In this document: positions 16,658 to 24,104 of the stretch, one piece after another
Numbering within the stretch: position 1 is the stretch's first letter
Layout of the letters: each line of letters opens with the position of its first letter
NCBI RefSeq assembly: GCF_016127575.1
Contig: NZ_CP066019.1
Coordinates: forward strand, 630,001-662,000
From: Cupriavidus necator
GTDB lineage: Bacteria > Pseudomonadota > Gammaproteobacteria > Burkholderiales > Burkholderiaceae
Direction: 5' to 3'
DNA: 32,000 nucleotides
The notes under the pieces: model-generated
The model's input: only the letters and a program-made list of their open reading frames with translations
The model's database searches: none
Told to the model about the DNA's origin: nothing
Position numbers and translations under genes: made by a program

Positions 16658-17524
16658 CTATTCCACAATCGCCGGATGCACCGGCGGGGGCCCGCCCAGT
16701 GTCTGCCGGTACGACGGCGGCTGCACCCCCTCCGAATCGACGATGCCATAGGCCAGCGCCGCTTCGGCGCTAATCAACACCCGGCCGGACTTTTCCATCA
16801 GCGCAGGGTCGCGGTACAGCGCATCGATAATCCTCCCCGTGAACTCCGGCGTCTCCGCCACCGGCGCGAAGCCCGCGTACTTGTCCGGATGCTTTTCCCA
16901 TACCCGCAGTGTGCGCGCAGTGCGCAGCGGCCCCATCCACAGCGACACCGCCGCGACGCCGTAGGGCCGCAGGTCGACCGCCATGTCGTGCGCGAACTTG
17001 TCGATGCCCGCCTTCTGCGCGCCGTAGGCCGGACCGTGCATATAGCAGTTGGCACCGAATGACGAGGTGAACACGATCAGCCCGCGGCCCTGCGCGGCCA
17101 TCATGGGCGCGGCATGCCAGCTGGCGACGTAGCCTGAGCGCAGGCCCACGTCGAGGATGCCGGCCATCTCCAGTGGCTTCTGCCAGAACGGCCCCGGCAT
17201 GATGAGCTCGTCGTGCAGGAAGGTCGCATTGTTGACCAGGATGTCGATCCGACCGGATTCCTCTCGCACCCGCGCGAACAGACGCGCCACCTGCGCATCG
17301 TCGCGATGATCGCACGCGAGCGCGATGCCGCGCCCGCCCAGCGCATCGATCTCGCGTGCGGTGGCGTGGATGGTGCCGGGCAGCGGCGCGCTGCCTTCCT
17401 GCTCGGTGCGTCCGGTCACGTACACCGTGGCGCCTGCCGCACCGAGCGCCAGTGCGATGCCCTTGCCGGCACCGCGCGAGCCGCCCGTGACGACGGCGAC
17501 GATGGCCTGTTCCGCCTGCTTCAT
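16658..17524 (-). CDS. SDR family oxidoreductase
   Basis: Start trimmed to MKQAEQAIVAVVTGG at 17524, with RBS AAGGAGA. 288 aa with TGGSRGAGKG, NNAT and YGAQK. Confidence 0.85.
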   Translation of the reverse strand: MKQAEQAIVAVVTGGSRGAGKGIALALGAAGATVYVTGRTEQEGSAPLPGTIHATAREIDALGGRGIALACDHRDDAQVARLFARVREESGRIDILVNNATFLHDELIMPGPFWQKPLEMAGILDVGLRSGYVASWHAAPMMAAQGRGLIVFTSSFGANCYMHGPAYGAQKAGIDKFAHDMAVDLRPYGVAAVSLWMGPLRTARTLRVWEKHPDKYAGFAPVAETPEFTGRIIDALYRDPALMEKSGRVLISAEAALAYGIVDSEGVQPPSYRQTLGGPPPVHPAIVE

Positions 17525-17577
17525 GTGTGTCTCCTTCATTGATGTCATCGAAGCTTGGAACGGGCACGGCATCGCGA

Positions 17578-17595
17578 CATCCTTCGTTCGGACTA
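17578..17595 (-). promoter_or_regulatory. cluster motif site TAGTCCGAACGAAGGATG (read on the minus strand)
   Basis: Full motif match oriented toward the minus-strand SDR, 54 nt upstream of its start at 17524. Confidence 0.4.
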
Positions 17596-17613
17596 AGCGA
17601 TACCCGGTCCGGA

Positions 17614-17631
17614 TACTCCACGCGGACGATG
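17614..17631 (+). promoter_or_regulatory. cluster motif site TACTCCACGCGGACGATG
   Basis: Full motif match oriented toward the plus-strand SnoaL-SDR-HSD operon, 99 nt upstream of ATG 17730. A left half-site TAGTCCCC lies at 17657-17664. Confidence 0.4.
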
Positions 17632-17729
17632 GCCCCCGGCGCGGCAAGGCCGACGATAGTCCCCATCCCAACGACTGCCCGCGCGGCGTATCGCGGCGCT
17701 GGCGGTCACAACAAGGAGTGAGACTGGCC

Positions 17730-18149
17730 ATGTCTGAACTGGAGTGCAAGGAAGCCATCCATGCCCTGACCTGCCGCTATGCGCAGGCGGTGGACCGGCG
17801 CGATTTCGCGAAACTGGCAGCGCTGTTCACGGCGGACGCATGGCTGAGCGGGCCGGGCTTCCGCATGGACGGAGCGCAGGCGATTGCTGACGGCATGGCA
17901 TCGCTCGGCCAGTACAGCGCCACGCAGCATCACGTGCACCAGCAACTGGTCGAAGTCGATGGCGATACCGCGACCGGCGAGACCTATTGCGTGGCCAACC
18001 ACCTGTACGAACAGGACGGCGTGCCGCGCAAGCTGGACTGGGGCATCCGGTACCAGGACCGCTTCGTGCGGCGCGACGGCCAGTGGCGCATTGCCGCGCG
18101 CGAGCTGGTGGTGGACTGGACGCAGGACCTGCCGCTGCGAGGGGCATGA
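17730..18149 (+). CDS. nuclear transport factor 2 / SnoaL-like protein
   Basis: Start trimmed to MSELECKEAIHALTCRY at 17730, with AAGGAG upstream. 139 aa with Y-x4-D (RYAQAVD) and a QHHVH segment. It is coupled to the next gene by an ATGA overlap. Confidence 0.75.
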   Translation: MSELECKEAIHALTCRYAQAVDRRDFAKLAALFTADAWLSGPGFRMDGAQAIADGMASLGQYSATQHHVHQQLVEVDGDTATGETYCVANHLYEQDGVPRKLDWGIRYQDRFVRRDGQWRIAARELVVDWTQDLPLRGA

Positions 18150-19003
18150 TGACGACGACCCGTGTACTGGAAGGCAAGACAGCCCTAGTCACCGGCGGCG
18201 CCGGCGGCATCGGTGCGGCCAGCGCGCTGGCGCTGCTGCGCGACGGCGCGACGGTGGTCCTCATGGGGCGGCGGGGCGAAGCGCTGGAAGCGGCACGGCG
18301 CAGCCTGTGCGCGCAGGTGGCCGGCGCCACCGTGGCAATCAGCGTCGGCGACGCGTGCCGCGAGGATGACGTGCAGGCCGCGCTGCAGCAAGCCTGGGAG
18401 CTGCAGCGGCGCCTCGATATCGTGGTCGCGACCGTTGGTGGGGGCGGCTTCCGTCCGCTGCTGATGCATGACGCGGCCTCGCTGATGGCGGAGCTGGAGC
18501 TGAACATCGCCAGCGCATTCCTGGCGGTGCGCCACGCGTCGCCGCTGATGGCACCGCATGGCGGCACCATCGTCTGTATCTCGTCGAACGCGGCGCGCAT
18601 GACCTGCCGGTGGCTGTCGGCGTACTGCGCCGCCAAGGCGGGGCTGGAAGCGTTCGTGCGCGCCGCGGCCGAGGAGCTGGCGGGATGCGGCATCCGCGTC
18701 AATGCGGTGCGGCCGGGGCTAACCCGCTCCGGCGCGACCGGGCCGATGTTCGACAACCCGGCCATCCTCGACAAGTTCGTCGCGCAGATGCCGCTGGGGC
18801 GCGCCGGCGAACCGGACGACATTGCCAGTGCGGTGCGCTACCTGGCGGGGCCGGAATCGGGCTGGGTGACCGGCCAGAGCATCGCCGTGGACGGTGGCAG
18901 CGAGCTGCGCGGCAATCCCATCCTCGATGAAACCGTGGCTGCGGTGTATGGCGAAGCCGCGCTGCAGGCCGTGCTGGCCGGCAGGATTCCCGAAGCCGGC
19001 TGA
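18146..19003 (+). CDS. SDR family oxidoreductase
   Basis: The start overlaps the upstream stop (ATGA at 18146-18149). 285 aa with TGGAGGIGAA and YCAAK. Confidence 0.85.
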   Translation: MMTTTRVLEGKTALVTGGAGGIGAASALALLRDGATVVLMGRRGEALEAARRSLCAQVAGATVAISVGDACREDDVQAALQQAWELQRRLDIVVATVGGGGFRPLLMHDAASLMAELELNIASAFLAVRHASPLMAPHGGTIVCISSNAARMTCRWLSAYCAAKAGLEAFVRAAAEELAGCGIRVNAVRPGLTRSGATGPMFDNPAILDKFVAQMPLGRAGEPDDIASAVRYLAGPESGWVTGQSIAVDGGSELRGNPILDETVAAVYGEAALQAVLAGRIPEAG

Positions 19004-19028
19004 AGCCGGCAACTCAAGGAGAGAAACG

Positions 19029-19787
19029 ATGCATCAAGTCAGGGACAAGGTTGCGCTGGTCACCGGCGCGGCCAGCGGGGTAGGGCGCGCCGACGCGCTG
19101 ATGCTGGCGGCCGAAGGCGCGCGCGTGGTCATCAGCGATGTCAACCAGGAGGCCGGGCAGGCACTGGCCCGCGAGATCGGGGATGCGGCCATGTTCGTGC
19201 GCCACGACATTGCCAGCGAGGAGGACTGGCGCAAAGCCATGGCCGCCACGCAGGACCGCTTCGGCCGGCTCGACGTGCTGGTCAACAATGCGGCCATCTG
19301 TCCGCTCGGGTCAATCGAGGAAACCTCGCTCGACAGCTGGCGGCAGGTCATGCGCGTCAATGCCGACGGCTATTTCCTGGGCTGCAGGTTCGGTGTGCAG
19401 GCAATGAAGGGCAACCCCGCCGGGGGCTCCATCGTGGTGATGTCGTCGGTGGCGGCGCTGGGCGGGCTGCCCATGATGTGCGCATACAGCGGCGCCAAGG
19501 GCGCCGTTACCGCGCTGACGCGCAGCGTGGCCGTGCACTGCAAGCAGAACGGCTACCGGATCCGCTGCAACTCGATCCATCCCGATGGCGTCTGGACGCC
19601 GATGACGCAGGCGCTGGTGCCGGACCTGGATCCGGCCACGCTTGGTATCGGTACGGACCCGATGGCACGCATGTGCCTGCCGGAGGATGTGGCCAACCTG
19701 GTCCTGTTCCTGGCTTCGGACGCGTCGCGCTTTATCAATGGCGCGGAATTGCGCATCGATAACGCGCAGTTGATCTCGGGGCTGTAA
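19029..19787 (+). CDS. SDR family oxidoreductase, 3beta/17beta-hydroxysteroid dehydrogenase-like (paralog 2)
   Basis: RBS AAGGAGAG. 252 aa with TGAASGVGR and YSGAK. It shares GYRIRCNSIHPDG and ANLVLFLASD.SRFINGAELRIDNAQ with the paralog at 12595-13359. Confidence 0.85.
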   Translation: MHQVRDKVALVTGAASGVGRADALMLAAEGARVVISDVNQEAGQALAREIGDAAMFVRHDIASEEDWRKAMAATQDRFGRLDVLVNNAAICPLGSIEETSLDSWRQVMRVNADGYFLGCRFGVQAMKGNPAGGSIVVMSSVAALGGLPMMCAYSGAKGAVTALTRSVAVHCKQNGYRIRCNSIHPDGVWTPMTQALVPDLDPATLGIGTDPMARMCLPEDVANLVLFLASDASRFINGAELRIDNAQLISGL

Positions 19788-19791
19788 GGCC

Positions 19792-19827
19792 CGCTGCGGC
19801 GGCCCGCGCAAGCAGGCTGCCGCAGCG
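19792..19827. terminator. stem-loop between convergent genes (possible bidirectional terminator)
   Basis: CGCTGCGGC (19792-19800) pairs perfectly with GCCGCAGCG (19819-19827), giving a 9-bp stem and an 18-nt loop. There is no T-tract. It sits between the stops at 19787 and 19833. Confidence 0.35.
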
Positions 19828-19832
19828 CCGGG

Positions 19833-20732
19833 CTAACTGTACTGCGTCACGATCTCGCCGACCGTGCGCAGGATGTCGCGGCGGCGATAGCCGAGCAGGG
19901 CGGCCTCGGCCGCGTCCGGCTCATAGTAGAGGGTGTTGCCCCGGCCGAAGCAGATGGCCGAGTCCGGCAGCAACGGATGCTCCTGGTCGATGACAGGCGG
20001 CACCGGGCGGCCCGCGTCGCGGAAGAAGGCACCGAAATAGTCCTGGAACGACAGGTTCTCGTCCCCTACCAGGTAAGCCTTGCCGTTTTCACCGCGCAAC
20101 AGCGCGCCTTCGATCGCTTCCGAGAGCGAAGTGGCCGAGATGAAGTTGACGCCGCCGGGTGGCGCGAAATCCGGCATCGGCGCAAAGTTGCCGCGCGCGT
20201 AGTCGGTATAGGCCTTGAACATCGGCACCATCAGGCCCGGCACCGTGCCCACGACGAACGGCGCGTTCACGCTGCTCACGCGGAAGGCATCGGTGGCCAG
20301 CGCGCGAACGCCTTCGTCGGCCAGCTTGCGCGAGCGGATATAGGCGTTGTCCTCGGCCAGCTGCGGCTGTGCCTGCGGGTAGAAGCTGCCGACGTAGACG
20401 GCGACCCGGATCCCGGCAGCGCGCGCCGCGCGCAGGAAACGCGGCACGCCCTCGATGTTGGCGCGCTCCCAGTGCGCGGCTTCGTCGCCGCCGGGCGGCA
20501 CGTGGCGCACATCGTTGCCGGCGGCGAAGACCAGCGCGTCGAAGGCGCCGAGCTGCGCGGCCGGCACGTCGTTGGCGATGTAGTCGCAGCGCAGGAAGTC
20601 CAGCCCGCCCAGCGTCGTGCCGGGCGCGGGGCGGTTGCGCCCCGCGATGGTGACGTCGTGCCCGCGGCTGCGCAGGTGCAGGGCCGCGTGGCCCCCGATC
20701 ATGCCGGTGCCGCCGACGATCAGTATCTTCAT
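19833..20732 (-). CDS. NAD(P)-dependent epimerase/dehydratase-type (extended or atypical SDR) oxidoreductase
   Basis: 299 aa with RBS AAGGAGA and the N-terminus MKILIVGGTGMIGGH. The active-site region reads YIRSRK rather than the strict YxxxK. Confidence 0.8.
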   Translation of the reverse strand: MKILIVGGTGMIGGHAALHLRSRGHDVTIAGRNRPAPGTTLGGLDFLRCDYIANDVPAAQLGAFDALVFAAGNDVRHVPPGGDEAAHWERANIEGVPRFLRAARAAGIRVAVYVGSFYPQAQPQLAEDNAYIRSRKLADEGVRALATDAFRVSSVNAPFVVGTVPGLMVPMFKAYTDYARGNFAPMPDFAPPGGVNFISATSLSEAIEGALLRGENGKAYLVGDENLSFQDYFGAFFRDAGRPVPPVIDQEHPLLPDSAICFGRGNTLYYEPDAAEAALLGYRRRDILRTVGEIVTQYS

Positions 20733-20775
20733 GCTTGTCTCCTTGGTGGGGTGGTGTGGCCGCGGTGCGCGGCCA

Positions 20776-21606
20776 TCAGAGGTTCATGCCGTTGCCGCCG
20801 ATGACCGGCATGTTGGTCCACGTGCCCTTGGGGTCGCGATACCAGCCGGCCGCGGCCAGCGCGCCGCCATTGACATGCAGCGCCGTGCCGGTAATCCAGG
20901 CCGCGCGCTCGCTGGCCAGGAACAGGATGCCGTCGGCAATGTCGCGCGGCGTGCCGAAGCGGCCCAGCGGAATCCAGCGCGGGATATGGTGCTGGTGTTC
21001 CGCAGCGACCATCTGCGACACCGGAACCTGCGGCGTTTCGGTGGTCTCGGGGGCGATCAGGTTGACGCGGATCCCCGCCGGCGCCAGCTCCAGCGCCAGG
21101 CTCTGCGTGAAGCCGGTGATGGCGGCCTTGAAGGCGCCGTAGACGCTGCAGTAGGGAATGCCGCGGAAGGCCTCGATCGACGACACCGTGACGATGCTGC
21201 CGGCGCCACTGCGCCGCAGCAGCGGCAGCATGGCGCGCGTGACGGTGAAGACGTGGCCCAGGTTGGCGGCGTACAGGCTGGCGATCTCGTCGTCGGCATA
21301 GTGCTCGAACGGCTTGGCGATGCGCAGGAAATCGCCGACGTTGTTGACCAGCACGTCCAGCACCCCGAAACGCTGTTCGACCTGCGCAGCCAGTTCGCGC
21401 ACGGTGCCGGCATCGGTGGCATCGCCCTGTACCACCAGCACTTCCGTGCCGGGCTTGTTCAACAACTCCCGGGCTTGCCCGGCGCGCTGTGCTTCGATCT
21501 CGATCAGCGCCACGCGCGCACCCTGTTCCAGGAAGGCTTGCGCGGTGGCGAGCCCGATGCCGGCGCCGCCGCCGGTGACCAGCACGGTCTTGTCGGTGAA
21601 ATCCAT
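20776..21606 (-). CDS. SDR family oxidoreductase
   Basis: Start trimmed to MDFTDKTVLVTGGGAGIG at 21606, with RBS AAGGAGA. 276 aa with NNVG and YGAFK. Confidence 0.85.
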   Translation of the reverse strand: MDFTDKTVLVTGGGAGIGLATAQAFLEQGARVALIEIEAQRAGQARELLNKPGTEVLVVQGDATDAGTVRELAAQVEQRFGVLDVLVNNVGDFLRIAKPFEHYADDEIASLYAANLGHVFTVTRAMLPLLRRSGAGSIVTVSSIEAFRGIPYCSVYGAFKAAITGFTQSLALELAPAGIRVNLIAPETTETPQVPVSQMVAAEHQHHIPRWIPLGRFGTPRDIADGILFLASERAAWITGTALHVNGGALAAAGWYRDPKGTWTNMPVIGGNGMNL

Positions 21607-21764
21607 CTGAGTCGTTCTCCTTCGGTTGCCCTGTGGTGTGCGGCCATTTGATCGGCGGCAGGCGGGACCGGCATCGTCCGATTGCAGGTCAGGGAAAACA
21701 CTTAGATGGTGCAAACCAGGGCGAACAAGGGCGCCGCGCGCCGGACATCGGCAGGCAGCCTCCC

Positions 21765-21770
21765 TATAAT
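21765..21770 (+). promoter_or_regulatory. candidate -10 box (TATAAT) for LuxR-2
   Basis: It lies inside CCCTATAATC, identical to the 10-mer upstream of LuxR-1. A possible -35, CGGACA, sits 17 nt upstream. It is 69 nt before ATG 21839. Confidence 0.45.
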
Positions 21771-21838
21771 CTGCGCTGCTCAGGTGCCGCAGAGCACCGG
21801 CCAGTCCATGCATGGGGCGAGGAAACAGGAGACAGACA

Positions 21839-23026
21839 ATGTTGATGGCGACCGTTGAGGCGCAAGGGGTGGCGTCGCCCTGGTTTGCGCAGTCCGGACT
21901 GAGCCTGCCGCAATTCAGCGCGCTGCTGGCGGCGGTCTACGAAGGGCCGATGGAACCCGTGCCCTGGGGCCGCGCGCTGGAAATGCTGCGCAAGCAACTT
22001 GGTGCCAGCTATGTGAGCTTCATCCTGCGCTCGCCCGCGAGCGACCGCAGTGGCATCGCGGTGCACGCGTCGCAGGACGGCACTTCGCTGGAGGCCGAGG
22101 CGTCGTACAACACCTACTACTACGCCATCGATCCCTTTATCAACCTGCCCACGGACCGGGCCGTGACGGTCGACGAAGCGATGGGCGCCGGCAACTGGTG
22201 CCGCAGCGAGATCTACCGGCAGTTCCTGCAGCCGCTTGGGGTGCGCTACCTGCTGGGCGCCGACATCCGCACCGAAGACGGGGTCGAGTGCCGGCTGCGC
22301 GTCTGCCGCCAGCACGACGCGCAGGACTTCTCCGAGGTGGACAAGGCGGCGTGCGCCACCATCCTGCCGCACCTGAGGCGCGCGGTCCGGCTGCATTCCA
22401 GGCTGGATGTGGTCGAATCGGAGCGCAGCCTCTATGCGGGCGCGATCGACCGCATGCTGGTGGGCATGGTCATCCTCGACGCAGCCGGTGCAATCCTGAA
22501 GAAGAATGCGGAAGCCGACGAGATCCTGGCGGAGAACGACGGCATCCGCCTCAACGGCGCCAACTTCGAGATCGCCTACGCACAGGAAAGCCGCAAGTTC
22601 CAGTACCTGCTGCGCCGCGCCCAGATGGGGCATCACGGCAGCGCGCCGGCGCTGGCCGAAGCCATGTCGATCACCCGCCCCTCGGGGCGCGGCAAGCTGG
22701 GCGTGCTGATCCGCACCATTCCGCTCAGCGAATGGTCCGAAGACCACCGCCATCGCCCGGCCTGCGCGGTCTTTATCCGCGATCCCGAGCGCAAGTCGCG
22801 CGCCTCGCACGAGGTGGTGCGCAAGCTGTTCGACCTCACGCCCGCCGAGACCGCGCTGGCGCTGGTGCTTGCCGACGGCATGACGCTCGACGAAGCCGCC
22901 GAGGCGCTGGGCACCAGCAAGAACACGGCGCGCGCCCACCTGCGCGCGATCTTCTCCAAGACCGGGGTCACGCGGCAGGCCACGCTGGTGCGCATGCTGC
23001 TGAGCAGTGTGGTGACGCTCGGCTGA
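21839..23026 (+). CDS. LuxR/GerE-family transcriptional regulator, TeiR/TesR-like (paralog 2)
   Basis: I chose the start at MLMATVE (21839) by analogy with paralog 1. The RBS is AGGAGACAGA. 395 aa. The last roughly 45 residues are nearly identical to paralog 1. Confidence 0.88.
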   Translation: MLMATVEAQGVASPWFAQSGLSLPQFSALLAAVYEGPMEPVPWGRALEMLRKQLGASYVSFILRSPASDRSGIAVHASQDGTSLEAEASYNTYYYAIDPFINLPTDRAVTVDEAMGAGNWCRSEIYRQFLQPLGVRYLLGADIRTEDGVECRLRVCRQHDAQDFSEVDKAACATILPHLRRAVRLHSRLDVVESERSLYAGAIDRMLVGMVILDAAGAILKKNAEADEILAENDGIRLNGANFEIAYAQESRKFQYLLRRAQMGHHGSAPALAEAMSITRPSGRGKLGVLIRTIPLSEWSEDHRHRPACAVFIRDPERKSRASHEVVRKLFDLTPAETALALVLADGMTLDEAAEALGTSKNTARAHLRAIFSKTGVTRQATLVRMLLSSVVTLG

Positions 23027-23100
23027 GCGCCAGGGCGTCATCCACGCACGCGTGTTCCAGGGCACGCGTAACTCCCTCGTGGCCCGACGATCGGTTCTCC

Positions 23101-23118
23101 TAGTCCGAATGGAGGATG
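23101..23118 (+). promoter_or_regulatory. cluster motif site TAGTCCGAATGGAGGATG
   Basis: Full motif match, 165 nt upstream of ATG 23283. It is immediately followed by a further GAGTCCC half-site. Confidence 0.4.
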
Positions 23119-23282
23119 AGTCCCGCCATGCGCGCCCCTAGCATGCATCCGACAAGCGGGCGCGGCACACGGATGGCACCTCAGACGGACGCGGCGACGC
23201 GTGCTGTCCGCGCTTGGTCCTGTTCCGCGCACGCATCAACCTGTCCGGCCCCGGCCGGCACCTGTACCAGGGAGCGTGGAGC

Positions 23283-23999
23283 ATGGAAAAAGTCATCTAT
23301 ATCGTCTGGCGCGATTCTCAGACCGAGCCGGGGGAGTTCGCGCGCCGGCTGCGCACGACGCTTGCGGACAAGCTATTGGCGCTGGGCGCGCGCGGACTGC
23401 AGGTGAACGTGGCCGATGACGCGGTGTTGCCGGCCGCGGGCCTGCGCCAGGCGAATACCCGCCCGCAGATGGACGGGCTGGTCTCGGTCTGGATGGACAG
23501 CGCCATCGACCGCCAGCGGCAGCCGTTCGACCAGGCGATCGCGGCCGCCGTGGGCCGCATGGCCGGCTACCTCGTGACCGAGTCCCAGCCCATTCGCAAT
23601 ACACGTTTCCCGGCCGCGCCCGGCGAACGCACGCCCGGCTTCGCGCAGCTTGCCTTCCTTACCCGGCCGCCCCGGCTTACGCCGCAGGCCTGGCTGGACA
23701 TCTGGCACAACCACCACACGCCGGTGGCGGTCGAGACCCAGGACAACTTCCTCTACGTGCAGAACGTGGTGGTGCGGCCGCTCACCTACGCCGCGCCGCA
23801 CTACGACGCCATTGTCGAAGAGGGCTTCCCCGATGCGGCGATGACCGACCCGCAGGCGTTCTTCGACGCGGCCGGCGACGAAGACAAGTTCCAGCGCAAC
23901 CTGCAGGCCATGATGGAAAGCTGCCAGCGCTTCATCGACTTCGACAAGATCGACGTGATCCCCACCAGCCAGTACCTCGTGCGCCCGGCAGCGGCGTGA
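23283..23999 (+). CDS. conserved protein of unknown function (possibly two EthD-like / dimeric alpha-beta-barrel-like halves)
   Basis: Start trimmed to MEKVIYIVWRD at 23283, with GGAG motifs upstream. 238 aa with coding-like codon bias. I could not recognise a catalytic motif. Confidence 0.65.
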   Translation: MEKVIYIVWRDSQTEPGEFARRLRTTLADKLLALGARGLQVNVADDAVLPAAGLRQANTRPQMDGLVSVWMDSAIDRQRQPFDQAIAAAVGRMAGYLVTESQPIRNTRFPAAPGERTPGFAQLAFLTRPPRLTPQAWLDIWHNHHTPVAVETQDNFLYVQNVVVRPLTYAAPHYDAIVEEGFPDAAMTDPQAFFDAAGDEDKFQRNLQAMMESCQRFIDFDKIDVIPTSQYLVRPAAA

Positions 24000-24017
24000 C
24001 GCCCGCGCCGGACCGGC

Positions 24018-24035
24018 TAGTCCCACTGGACGATG
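24018..24035 (+). promoter_or_regulatory. cluster motif site TAGTCCCACTGGACGATG (best palindrome)
   Basis: Full motif match, 70 nt upstream of the extradiol dioxygenase ATG 24105. The core is GTCC-N4-GGAC. Confidence 0.45.
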
Positions 24036-24104
24036 TGCCGGGCTCCAGCGCACGGAAGAATGGTCCCATCAGCCAGCAGTGGCAACGAACCTGAGGAGAC
24101 CGGC

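Noticed and set aside
20758-20774. Perfect hairpin GGCCGCG-gtg-CGCGGCC between the two minus-strand genes 20776-21606 and 19833-20732
   Set aside because: The stem is a short 7 bp in a GC-rich 43-nt intercistronic gap with no U-tract. It could modulate coupling or processing, but nothing in the sequence distinguishes it from chance GC palindromes.
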